A stretch of 64,000 bases of DNA from Epiperipatus broadwayi (taxonomy: Eukaryota; Animalia; Onychophora): the NCBI GenBank assembly GCA_028023455.1, contig JAQFVV010000001.1:30194001-30258000 (forward strand), read 5' to 3'. Below are positions 51,110 through 64,000 of this stretch, one piece after another (within the stretch, counting starts at the first letter, position 1; every line of letters starts with the position of its first letter). A program made the position numbers and the translations under genes. The notes beneath the pieces were generated by a model. It was not told the origin of the DNA, ran no database searches, and saw only the letters and a list, made by a program, of their open reading frames with translations.

Positions 51110-53219
51110 GTAAGTTTTATTTTTTTTATAAATGTATTTATTTATTTATTTATTGCCAATAGAATTTTTATTTTTTTTTAAATTTAAATTTTATCAGTCT
51201 ACAAAGTTCTACAATATAACATCTTCATGCAAATTTCTGTCTTTAATTTTTTTAAATTTAAATTATTTGAATGAACATATATATATATGACCAACTCATA
51301 ACACTAATTATTATTTTTCTTTAGTAGATAAATAAATAAATAATACTTCTGTTAATATATAATATAAATATAATATAACAGTTCATCAATTGTTAAAACA
51401 GAGTTTCTTTAATATAAATAAATAAAATAATAACTAATAATATTTCCAAGCCCTTTCAACTCTTATGAATCTTTATCAAGGCAGTGTAAAAAATTCTATT
51501 TTCTCCTAGGTGATGAATTTAACATTTCATTGTATTGGCCAGGAACAACTAATCGGAAAGCTGGTTAATTTTGAATTCATAACACAAGATGAATTTTGTA
51601 TAAGATATGATTCTTTAATCTTGCGTTTTTTATCATGTGTTTCATGTATTAATATTGTAAAATCCTTTGGACTACATGTATGGCCTGTACTATTTTGGTG
51701 AACATAAAAAGCTGAATAAACTGTATCATCTTCTCTTGCTCCATTATACGTATATTTATGTTGTTGAAGGTGATATTTAATATTTGTTTTGGTTTCTCCA
51801 ACATATATTGTTTTAACAGTTGACGAATTGTTATATTATATTTATCTTTTTTTTAGTCAAAATTGTGGACCAAAAATTTATATAAGTTTACTCTATTGCA
51901 CATACTGCATTTTGTATTCATATAGTTGACAAATAGTTATACTATCTGATTTTACAAAAATTTTCTTCACTTTAAAATTAATAAGAACCTAGGAGATTAT
52001 TAAATTACCAAACAAATAAATTAAAACATTACATAAATACTCATTCTGCTTTGATTCTATTCAAAAATAGGTATGGAATGTGTGTTTAAAATATATTAAA
52101 AATATATTATTAGTGATATAGCATTACAAACTCCACTAATAATTAAGTTGAACCTATGTATTAATAAATACTTTTACAAGATTAACACATTTGATAATGA
52201 TGTTGATAATAAGGTTTCTGATTTTGAAGTGTTAAGATTCATATGATTTAGTAATATTTAATATTGTACTACCTTCTCATTTAAATTGATATGTCTGTTT
52301 GTTATGAATTCCTTTCTCATAACAATACCCTTTATCTTGTAGATAGTCATCACTAGGTCCTCTTATATCGTTAACTGTCTAAAAGTTTGATCTTTCTTAT
52401 TTAGCTATTGATGACTATATTTCATTTTGTTCCCAGATTTATCATGATTTATTTGGCTAATAGAAAGTTTGTAGATGTTTGATCTTTTTTGTGATATTGG
52501 TATCTTTTTTATGTTGTAGGTTACTATAGGTTTATTTTGTAATTCATTTTTTATTGTAGTAATGAGAGGTTAAATCTAAAAAGTACTTATTTATTCAAGC
52601 AGTTTGCACAGCAAATGATAGGAAATATTTAAAAATTTAGTACCCTGATTGAGAAATGTTATTAAAATGCATTTGAGTAATAAAAATGTATTACACTCAT
52701 TTTTTATTTCCAGTTTCAACAGTACAGGTAAATTGAAATTAATGCAAACTAAAAAATTATTTAAGGAAAAATAAACTTTTTACCATTACTATATTTCAGT
52801 TTTATATATTTGTATATATAAATATAAAATAATAATAAAATATTGAAAATTATAGATAGTGCATGTGAACAATATTAATTATTTTACATTAATTTTTATG
52901 TAATATCTTCACAATAATATTAATAAATCCATGTGTGGATGTATATAGTACATATATACTAGAAATGATACATTTTAAATGCATCCATTTTATTAGATGT
53001 AGAACATTTATTATAAGAGTCTGAAGAAAAAAAAACATTTATTTCAAAATAAAAATTAACATTTTTCTTTGGTGACAAAAATAAAACTATTTTGAAGGAT
53101 TTCTTCAAATGGAAGATTATTTTTTGTTGTTATTGTTGGTGGAATCCAAAATATTTCTAGTATTTTCCATAATATATTATCTTTTGGTAATGTTGAACAT
53201 ATAATTCATACAAACTAAT

Positions 53220-53430
53220 AATTCACCTCATCATTTTCTTTTTGGTTTTCCTCTACTTCTTCCATCAAGTGGTAACCATTCTTTTATGAATATAGATCAT
53301 CTGTTATCTTGTGCTCTCATTGTTTGTTTTGTTCATCTTCACTTAAGTTTCATCACCTTCAGTAAGTCATTTTTCATTCATATTCTCCTTCTAAAGACTT
53401 TGTTCTGATCACATCTCTCCTTATATTCAA
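53220..53430 (-). mobile_element. Decayed RTE 3'-end fragment
   Basis: Reverse complement reads MRAQDNR...KEWLPLDGRSRGKPKR, typical of RTE C-termini. Confidence 0.5.
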
Positions 53431-56400
53431 CAGCTTCTATCCATGACATTTTGTTTCACCCCTAGTTTATATTCATGTTTTTTTGTAAATAACCAGGACT
53501 GTGCCAACATAAGACATGGAAAGATGCAAATACTAAAAAAAAAAAATTTTTTTAAGACACTTTGGCAAATCTCCTTTCAATTATCAACTAGGGCTCTAGT
53601 ATTTTTACTAAGCTTTGTTCAACTCTCTTTTCAATGAAAATATAAAGACTTCAACAAAAGAAAACTCCTATCCAAAATTGTCAATTAAATTATTTCTATT
53701 AAAAATTTAGTTTATTCATAGTCAAAATAAATTTTAATTTAAAAAAAAATATATAATTTTTATTTTAATGTAACAAAATAATTTTTAAAAATGTAGACAA
53801 AGTAAATTTAATAAGTGTCAATTGTTTTCAAAATTTTAGAAATATGGTTAATATGTTTTAATTCCTATGACACCATTGTAGATTATTAATATTGGAATTT
53901 AAATTAATGTTGTGGTTGTGACAACTATTTACAGAAGTATATTGCTGAAATGTGATGGTAGAGATCTAACATAAATGTACTACTTATAAATTTAATTTTA
54001 TTTTTGTTTTTATTTGTTTTATTTCTTAAATAAACTCAAGTATAGCAACTTATGTAACAGTAGGATGAATGTAGAGTAATAACATTTATTGGTTTTGAGA
54101 TAAACATTAAATATTTTAATTATGAGAATTTCCACCTAACTTAAAATATATTGTTATTATGAACATTTATTGGATGCTTAAATGGAATATATTTATTTTT
54201 ACAATTCATTAAATATATATATATAGTTGGCTAAAAAATGATTTTATAAATTAATACTGTAATAGATTTAACAATGCATTTAAATTCTTTAAACATAAAC
54301 TATAGGCATGTAGAAAAATTTTTGTTAGTAATGGGGCATATAAAAAAATTTAGGTTGAAAATAAAACTGCTTTTAAGAAAAGTTTAAGCAACCAAAGTTT
54401 TAAAATATTTTCAAAAGTTATTGAAATTTAATAGCAAAATTAATTTAGTAGTGGATTATATGACATTTTCATTAAAACAATAATAGTAATAAAGGAACAA
54501 GTTGTTCATTATTTCAAGATTTTAAAAAAAAATTGAAAAATTTATTCATTTTTAAAATCAGTATCATATTCATATAATTGAAAATTATTCAAGTTTTTCC
54601 TAACTTAATTTACAAATGATTGAAATTTTAAAAGTAGAGTTGAATATGAAAAAAAAAAAAAATATTGAATTTAATAAGATAGTAGAATGTTATGAAGAAG
54701 ACAAATGTAAAAAATTAACTGTAAATGATAAAACAAATCGTAGATTAATCTACAAAATAATTTTTGTCATATGAAAAAAATATTTTTTTTAACATTTTTT
54801 TTTATATATATATGTATGTGAGATTTTATTTTCTACTATGAATAATTTAATTTCTGAAAATACAAATAGAGAACTATTGAAAATTCTAATATGTCAATAA
54901 CAAATATTACATAATATAGTATTCCTAAAAACACACAATTAAAATGACTCTAACATCTATATAAGTATTATTGAAATTAGAACTGGTCTTTGTAATCTTC
55001 AAAATGGAAAGATTGCAGTTTTTTTTAAGATATCTGGAGAAGTTTTAAAATGTAGATGATATGGCTTTAAAACTTAAAAATTTTAGGAATATTTTAATCT
55101 ATCTATATGCCACTTTATCTTAAGGATGCTTTAGTTTATCCAATTTGTAAGTGTAACAAATAGAAAAACTACAATAATTGTTGGGAAATATCATTGTTAT
55201 CTACTATAGCAAATGTACATGATTTTTGTTTCCAGGCAAATGTATAATTTATATATTATTTTTATTGTTCATTTGATTCATTTAACCAAAAAGATTTGTG
55301 ACAGTATTTGCTGATTTATATGTCTTTTACCTAATATTACTATTAATGGAAAATTTGCGGCATTTAAAATGAAAATTATTATTAAACAGGGATGTCAATC
55401 AGCTCTAAATTTGATTTCATTTTATGAAAACATCTTTAGAACAATTTATAAGCAGTCTTCATGAAGCAGGCTTCATGACATCATTATTGATATAGTTGGA
55501 TATGCAGATTTTTTAATTTGAAGTAATCGAAAATAAAAACAATAACTTCATCTTCCTGGTTTTTAGATTTACTTTAAGCTGATGATTGTGCTATTTTTAT
55601 TAATTCAAAAGTTGCAATCTATAATGACTTTGATTTAGTAATTAATGTTCAAAAATCTCAAGTCCTATATTATCCAATAATAGTAGACAATCTTTGGCAT
55701 CTTTTAGCTTGGATAGCTATCAGTTTGATAACATGAATTATTTTAAAATAATCATTACGTTTAGTAGAAACGTGAACTTGGATATTGAGATGGAACAAAG
55801 ACTAATATCTGCTGATATATTTAATAAATTAAAAGATAGGAAAGTTTTTCATGAAATAAAATATGTACTGTGTAAAACATACTACATATTTTTAATTTTT
55901 TTTTTGTTTTAAACTTATTTTATAACTTCCATAATTAAATTATGATAGTTAGAAATTAATTGTATATGTTATTTTGCAATTTGTTGAATAGAAGAGAAAT
56001 GTGAACCACTTACTAACATAAGTACTGGCTAAATTTCATTTAATAATGTTCCATAATTTTATAGAAATGTGATAAGATCATGAGACCAATGTTCTAAATC
56101 TTACTTATTGTAATGCTATTATTGGTTAAGGCATATTTTCATTCGAATGGGCATATTAGAGACTTTCTAAAAAAGTATTTTATAATAAACTTGAGCATAT
56201 ATAACAAAAATAGATTCCATTTACATTATGATGATTACCTCAAAAAATATTCTAAGAAGTACAATTTTAATTCTTTCCTATGATTGAGAGTAGAGTGTGA
56301 TGGAAAGCTTCACTTATGCATGAAGATGAAGATTTTCAAAAACTAAATTCAATCACAAAACTCATATTTTAACTTTATATATATTTTATGTTCTGGAATT

Positions 56401-56774
56401 AGAATAACCATACTTGTTTTCAATAATGAATAATATTATTTTGAATATCTATATTAAACATGAAAAAATTAAATATTGTATAAAATGAATATTTAATTAT
56501 TAGAAGTATTGTTGTTAAAAGTGAGGGGAATTCTGCATTAAGAATATTTCATGGAATGTAAATATTGCATGTATATCAATATATAACATATGTAGCTGCA
56601 TTTAGTTAAACTATTATATTCATTTATAAATGTATATATCATAAACATATTTATTTTAGAGTAATATGAACAATTATCTATAATAATGCATTTTTATGAA
56701 AATGATTTAAAGAAAGAATAGTAAAGACATTTTAATTTTATGTTTTACATTAGTGATGACATATAGGCTTATGT

Positions 56775-59700
56775 CATCATCATCATCATCATCAACAATT
56801 ATCAATCCACTGCAGGATGAAGGTCTCTCCAAGTTTAATCCATCTTCTCCGATCTTTAGCTTCTCTTCTCCACAACACCCCTGCACATTTTCTTATTTCA
56901 TCCATCCATCTCACATGTGGTCTCTTTCTGGGTCTTTTACAATCTCTTGGAATCCAGTTTAAAATTTCAATTGTCCATCTATTATCATCTCTTCTAGCCA
57001 TATGTCCAGCCCAACTCCATTTCAATCTTTTAATTTTTTCAATGAGGTCAGTAACACCTGTTTGTTGTCTTACCCATACATTGCATTTTCAATCTCTTCT
57101 TGTTACTCCCAACATACATCTCTCCATACTCCTTTGAGTGGTCTGAAGTCTCTGTATTGCTCTTCCATTAAGTGTCCAAGTCTCAGGTCCATAAGTAAGA
57201 ACTGGTAAAACACATTTGTTAAAAACCATCCTTTTCAAACACATAGGCATATTTCCTTTTAGTATCAAGTTATTTCTACCAAAAGCACTCCAACCAAGTT
57301 TAATTCTATGATTAATTTCCTCCATTATGTTTCCATCTGTATTAATAATCTGACCAAGGTATTTGTAACTGTTAACTTCTTCTAATTCTTCATAATCAAT
57401 CTTTATTTTCATATTTTGAGCAAATCGATTAAACATTACTTTAGTCTTTTTAACATTTATCTTTAGTCCTACTTTTCTACGTTCATCTGCTAACTCCTGC
57501 AACATTTCCTGAAGCTCTGAAGCATTATTTGCAAAAACAACTACATCATCTGCGAAATCTAAATGACTTAAATACTCTCCATTTACTTTCACTCCTTTAG
57601 TTTCCCATTTTAATCCACAAAATACTTCTTGCAGAGTTTTGGAGATATGGAGTCACCTTGTCTTACACCTTTCTCAATGTTGATTTTTCCAGTATCATTA
57701 TGTAATCTAATTGTTGCTGTTGCATTTTTATAAATATTCTTTAAAATACGACAATATCCTGGATCTATACCTTGATGATCCAATGCTTTAATCACTGAAG
57801 AAATGTGTATAGAATCGAATGCCTTTTCATAATCTACAAATCCAAAACATAATGACAACTCATATTCGTTTGTCCTTTCTATGACTTCTCTCAATACCTG
57901 GATATGATCTATTGTACTAAAACCACTTTTAAATCCAGCTTGTTCTCTTGGTTGGTGGAAATCCAAAGTTCTTTGTAGACGAGTTGTAATTATCTTGGTA
58001 AAAATTTTATATAAAACTGATAAAAGGCTGATAGGTCTGTAATTTCTAATATCTTCTTTATCACCTTTTTTAAATATTAATATTATTACTGCATTCTTCC
58101 AATCTTCCGGTTCATCTTTATCATTTAGACATTTGGTATATAACTTTGCTAAAATTGTTTCTATTTCTTCACCTGCTTCTTTTAATATATCAATTATAAT
58201 TCCATCATTTCCTGGAGCCTTTCCTTTCTTTATACACTTAATTGCATGTCTCACTTCTTCATTTAAAATTCTGGGCAATTCGGAAGATGTAATAGATATA
58301 GGAGGTACTTGTTCTTTATTACTATATAATTCTTGATAAAAATCTTCTACCAATTTCATGATGTCATCTCTCTTTTTAGTAATAATTCCATCTTTTTTTC
58401 TTATTGAAGATATAAATTTCCTACCAATACCAAAATGTTGTTTAACATTTTTGAGACTTTTATTTTCTTCTACAGCTTTCCTTGCTATTTCACAGTTATA
58501 CTTTCTTATATCATTTTCAACTCTTTTCCGTACCATTTTTAAAATTCGAGATATTCAATTCTTTTTAATACATCATTTTTGTATATCTTCATATTCCTTC
58601 TTTTCTTTATAAATTCTCTAGTCTCAGTAGAAATTTTATTAGTCAATTGCTGCTTTTTTCTACCAACTATGTTTGTTGCAGTTTTTAAAAGTGTATCAGT
58701 TATTTTCATATTAATTTCATTCAAATCTGTATCATGTTCAAAATCTCCTAACACTTGAAACCTATTTGTAAGTTCTAATTTAAATTCATTAGAATGTTTC
58801 TGAAGATTAGGAATATCAACTGTAAATATTGTTTTTCTTAATAATTTTTGTCTTTCTAGTTTTACATTAACACGTAACTTACACCTTACTAATCGATGAT
58901 CACTTCCTGTGTTAAATTTATTAAGAACATTACAATCTTGAAATATGTATTTTCTGTTAGTCAAAATATAATCCAATTCTGCTGTACCTTCATTTGGATG
59001 CTTCCATGTCCATTTCCTTTTAATATTTTTCTCAAAAAATGATTTCATAATATAAAGTTTTTCTATTTCTGCAAACTCCACAAGTCTATGTCCTCTCTCA
59101 TTTCTATTACCATAACCAAAATTACCTACAGCAATTTCATCTTTCATTTGTCTACCAATTCTAGCATTAAAGTCTCCCATAACAATTTTAAAATGTTGTT
59201 TACTCTGATCAAAAGCCTTTTGTACATCCATATAAAAATCTTCTACTACTTCATCACTATGAGAACTTGTTGGGGCATAAATCTGAATTATCTGCATTTG
59301 GTATCTGCTATTAAGTTGTATAACTAATCTTGCCACTCTGTCCGATACACCATCAATCTCCACAATATTGTTCTTCCACTTTTTATTTATAATGAGTCCT
59401 ACTCCACTTGTATTTCCAATATGTGTACCTTTATAATAGAGTATATGTCCACTTTTAAATCAATTGTTTCGTCTCCTTTTCTTCTAACTTCACAAAGTCC
59501 AATAATGTCCCATTTAATATAAGACAGTTCTTCTTCTAATTCTTGCAATCTTTCTTCACTTGAAAGTGATCTGCAGTTGTAAGTACCTAAATAAAAAGTC
59601 GTCATCAAATGGCAGCCTGGATCCGCAATCAGGGGATTCTTAGCACCCTCCGCCTTCGGCCACCAACCGCTGCCTTGGTTGGTGACTTTACAGCCTCTTG

Positions 59701-60059
59701 GGAATAAGGGCCATGCTTTATTTTTGTCTGTCATAATTGTATATATGTATTGGAAAAATATTTATCATTTACACAAACATTCATTCTGCCTTATCAGGCA
59801 CTGAGAAGAAAGTCCATGGTGTTTCTTGATCTTAAACTCAGAGGTAAAAAGTCAATAAACTCACCACGCTGGCTAATGCATGTTGGTGAGCAGCCCATCC
59901 ATGTTCGTATACTATATGAATAATCACATAGTAATAACAGCTGTAACGACAAGAACGTATGGAGTGGACATTAGGAATTTGCCCTGCTCGGTTCCTTTAA
60001 GGCCTCCAAGAGGAATCAAAGGGTCTCCTTTCAGTTAATAGCAAACTCCTTTCTGCAGC
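56775..60059 (-). mobile_element. Full-length RTE-clade LINE (frameshifted APE-RT ORF)
   Basis: APE (GTYNCRSL, WDIIGLCE, IQIYAPTS, MGDFNA, SDHRLV) and RT (KAPGNDG, NYRPISLL, FVDYEKAFDS, GVRQGDSISP, FADD) across ORFs 59399-59734, 58539-59363, 57610-58536, 57089-57592 and 56792-57025; (GAT)n tail; 12-bp TSD ATAGGCTTATGT at 56763-56774 and 60060-60071. Confidence 0.96.
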
Positions 60060-63000
60060 ATAGGCTTATGTAGTATATAGTATTTGTAACTGATAAGGCT
60101 TGGTGGGATGAAGTATCTATGAGAAGTATACAGATTTCTCCTGAAAACATAGGGATTTCTAAAAGTTAGGTTTAGGATTTACAGTTAATATATAAATATT
60201 AGAAGATTTTTTTTTATCAATCTTCATAATGTTCTCTTCTTTTCTATGAGTATTTTAGAAAAGTTTCTGGCATTAAGCATCTTAATGTGCAGTACATTTT
60301 AACTGAATATATTATTAATTTTTATTCAACTAACATTTAAATTTGATTGTAAATAAATTATTGTAATTTAAATGTAACATTATGTTAAGTGCTTTTATTT
60401 CTATTCATGTGTGGTATATATATTTCTATACTTAAAATCACCAATAGTCTGAGTTAAAAAAGATCATGTTAGGAAATGATACACCATTTATTGATAAGTA
60501 TAATGTAATAATAAAAGTGGCCATATTATGACATACAAACTAAAATGCAGACTTGCAACTGGACATCTTTTGACCAAAAAACTTTTGATATTATTTAAAC
60601 CACTATTATATATAATCAAAGATAATATCATAACATATGCATGTATTATCTTATCTAAAATCTATTTTCAATTATGTATGTTGATCTTGTTATTATATCT
60701 ATTATTCTTAGAACTATCCAGGATGAAATCTAAATCACTTACTTATGTCTGTAAATAATGTAATTCAGGATTGAAAAGTTAATAAAAAACTATATTACTT
60801 AAAAGAAAATCTTGAATTAGCAGTCTTATAAAATCTAATATTCTCAGAGGAAAAGATTAAAATCAAGAAAGTAACAAAAAGAAGCTGGTCAGATGATATT
60901 AGTAAAACTGTTAAGTTGAGAGAAACACTTATGATGAACAGAGATAAATGAAGGAAAATTGTGTTTGCAGTCAAGAATCTTTGGGATTCTTACTGATGAA
61001 GAAGAAAATGGAATTTGATTTTTGACATTATTATTTTAATTATTTCACTTAAAATGTCAAGAAGTAAGATTTCAATATTGATTTTTATTATAAACTTTAT
61101 TTGTTTTTTTATTATTTCTGTGCATATTTTCTCCACAACTAAAAATGCTTCATTCTTAAAAAATGATGCATACGAAATGTAATTCATTGTTGGACAGAGA
61201 ACATCATGTGAAATATTAATCAATTAATTTTGAAGGCAGTGCATTTATTGATGTGAACTTCAGGCTCATATTCAATGTAATTTATAATAATATATATTTT
61301 GAATGGCATAATTATCCCTTATTATTTGATTTGATAAATTTATACTATTGCAAAATAGTCTAGAAAATACTTGCAATTATTATTATTATTATTATTTTCA
61401 TGTTTAATGGTATTAAAATAATTAAAAATAAACTGACTAAGAAGGATACAAGTAGGAGATATTGTTGGTGTATTGCTATGCATTATTCTTGCTAAAATGC
61501 AACTCTGGAAAAGATTATAAATGTAAAATTTCAGGCACTTATTATCAAATGCTCAAAATGGTTTGGAAATATATACCGAAAGTGAATGTTTCCCCTAACT
61601 AATGACACTATATTCATAGATACCTGTTCGAAGTTTAGTGTGTCAGTCAGGTATATCAGCTTTTCAATTTATATATTAATAGACCAATTTGATTATTATT
61701 AGTGTTTTTATGAAGTCATGTATTAATCAGTGAACATCATCTTGCTATTTTTTTATGATATATCACTAGTTTTTCTCAAGCTTGGTTATATCACATAAAC
61801 AGTAGTTGTTAAAGTACAATGATATTATGTCTAGGTTGACATCTGCCTGACTATACTTTACCTTTTTTATATCAGGCTCTACATTTGGCACTATTATTAC
61901 TAAATTCATTCAACCATTCTCATATTGTAATTATACATAGACTACAATTTTATGTATGGACTAACTGCTTTTATGTAAGTCTATGATAATGTTTCTCTGC
62001 ATTACATTCAACTGTCAATAGACTAAGCAACAAAGTATGCATTTTTATTTTTTTAATCATCTATGTCATGTTTGTACTTGTCATTGCATTATCCATTTAA
62101 CATGACTTCAGCATTTCTACTAGCAAATTTCTACCTGATTTAATAATTTTTTGCAATTTATATGTGACTGATTGTCAACTTTAGAGAATTTCCTATCTAA
62201 TTTACTGAATTTACTTGAACATTTTTTTAATATTGATATTTGTGTCTCTTTAATTACTATATTAAAATATATATATTTTTCTTCTATCCATTGTTTTATT
62301 GATCATCTCACCAGTAATTAATCGTTTCATTTTTTTTCCAACGATGTATTTTCCTTTGACTTATGTATATATATGCACTCACAGACACATTCATACACCA
62401 ATTTTTAAAAATGATTTTGAAACCATTTTAATTTATAATAATTTTTAATTAAGAAAATTGCTTTAAAATTTTGATATTAATGAAAAATTTGCATTACAAA
62501 ACCATTTGTTAAAAAATATATTTGAATTGGGAATACTATTTTTGTCAAAATAAAAATAATGTATTCCAATTATTATTATTATTATTTTTTCCCCATTTTC
62601 TTTAATAAAATAATTTTAGAAATGGAAATTAGTTATGATAATGAGTTAAATATGTATAGATCAAAATAGAAAGGTCTGGAGATTTTTAATTGAGAGAAAA
62701 TGTAATATTACTCTGTCAATAATTTATTTTAATTATAAGCATCTTAATTACCAATATTTATTTCCCCCTAATGAGAGAATATAAAATTTTAGAATATATG
62801 TTCATATAAGATTGTAAATTAATTTATTCTATTAGTTAATATTGTTTTATGTATAAAAAAGTTAGTGAAGAGAATTTAATTTATTACTTGCTTTTATTTT
62901 TTTTTACAGAATCTTGAAAAGTTTTGTCTTAAGAATTTGTATTCAATCCCCATCACATTTATATAAAGTTAATTTATCCTGTATCTATATTAAATTGTAT

Positions 63001-63889
63001 ATATTTAATTTTATAAGATTCAGTATTAGTATTGTATATACAACTTTCTTTATAATATTATTTTAAAATAATTATAAAGCTGTCAATTGTAGAGGCATAT
63101 TCACATAAAAACTATTTAAAAATGGCTGCATGGTTGCCTTTGGGTTTATTTTTCTCCTCTATCAAGAATCTGTATATAATATATTTTATAGTTATTTATT
63201 ATGTTCCTTAAATTACATTATTATCATACAGAAATTTAAATTTTTTTAAATATTTTACAGATACATACAATTTTGCTATTTTTAGTTTTAAAACATATAA
63301 ATATCCAGATAAAATTATACAAATGGTAATTTACAACTTATGAATAAGTTTTTTCAGTATTACTAATGCATAATTATGTAACATTTATAGGTATTAACTC
63401 ATAATAAAGCAATAAGATGCATTAACATATTGGCATTTGAATAACTTGCATCTTTCTTTCCCAGTTATTATAAATGATAAATATTCATATTGATAATCCA
63501 AAGATTCTTAGATAGCTTCTATTGAAATTAGATGCACGAGACATATAATTACCACTAATTGTCTGAGGATTGAAAGTTTTTGTTGGTATATTATTGCTTA
63601 TTTATTACCAATTGTTGAACAATAGTCACTAATGTACCAATAATTCATTACTTAGATTAAATGAATATATGAATAGATTGTGGAGGCATTAATATACTCA
63701 TGTTGTGATCGTGCATTATTTAGAAATACAAAGAGTTCTTTATTCATCGTTTATCAAACATTTTGTGGAAGTTGAACAATGTATATGAGTTTTTTTTTAT
63801 TGTAACAGCCTATTACATCAAGTTAATTATAATCTTCAATAACTTCTCTTCCTCTTTCCTTCTTTGTTTTTGCTTTTCTAATATATAAT

Positions 63890-63993
63890 ATATAATAACC
63901 ACATTCCACTCTTTTTACACTTTGAAGCAATAAATAAATAAATAAATATATTTTGCTTCAAAGTGTAAAAAGAGTGGAATGTGGTTATTATAT
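63890..63993. repeat. Perfect 41-bp inverted repeat with (TAAA)n spacer
   Basis: atataataaccacattcc...ttgaagcaa (63890-63930) mirrored at 63953-63993. Confidence 0.9.
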
Positions 63994-64000
63994 GTTATCA

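Noticed and set aside
59600-59715. GC-rich hairpins (GUCACCAACC/GGUUGGUGGC, GCUAAG) at the RTE ORF start as an HDV-like ribozyme
   Set aside because: No P2/P4 partners fit the HDV topology; these are simple hairpins only.
2057-61223. Most short ORFs in the supplied track (e.g. 10168-10410, 11029-11271, 25863-26171, 26497-26841, 60528-60758)
   Set aside because: Low-complexity F/I/L/Y-rich frames typical of AT-rich intron or antisense TE sequence; no recognisable domains.
1-64000. CRISPR arrays, prokaryotic operons, rRNA genes
   Set aside because: Spliced eukaryotic gene context; no regularly spaced repeat-spacer arrays or rRNA-like sequence seen.

Overview
Very AT-rich eukaryotic (most likely invertebrate metazoan) genomic DNA. 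The window lies inside a tankyrase (Tnks, PARP5) gene on the + strand. Three ankyrin-repeat exons (8813-8922, 19766-19888, 51044-51109) splice in frame across introns of about 10.8 kb and 31.2 kb, and the neighbouring exons fall outside the window. The introns are filled with transposon remains: a full-length RTE LINE with a 12-bp TSD, a decayed hAT (Charlie/Buster-type) transposon, a hAT MITE with an 8-bp TSD, an LTR-like direct-repeat pair, decayed CR1/L2/RTE LINEs, a retroposed tRNA-Gly copy, and several Penelope-like elements (PLEs), many with inverted terminal repeats. The most notable signal is a set of minimal type I hammerhead-ribozyme motifs in the PLE repeats. (i) A recurrent non-canonical core, A-UGA-W-U-A-U...GAAA (A3-U8 replacing C3-G8, plus an extra U), occurs in four copies from three independent insertions with covarying stem II. 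(ii) A non-coding tandem unit of about 450 nt with a canonical hammerhead (retrozyme-like) has inserted with a 13-bp TSD. (iii) One PLE terminal repeat carries a tRNA-like Pol III promoter next to a hammerhead remnant. All folds were read by eye; catalytic activity and novelty are untested.
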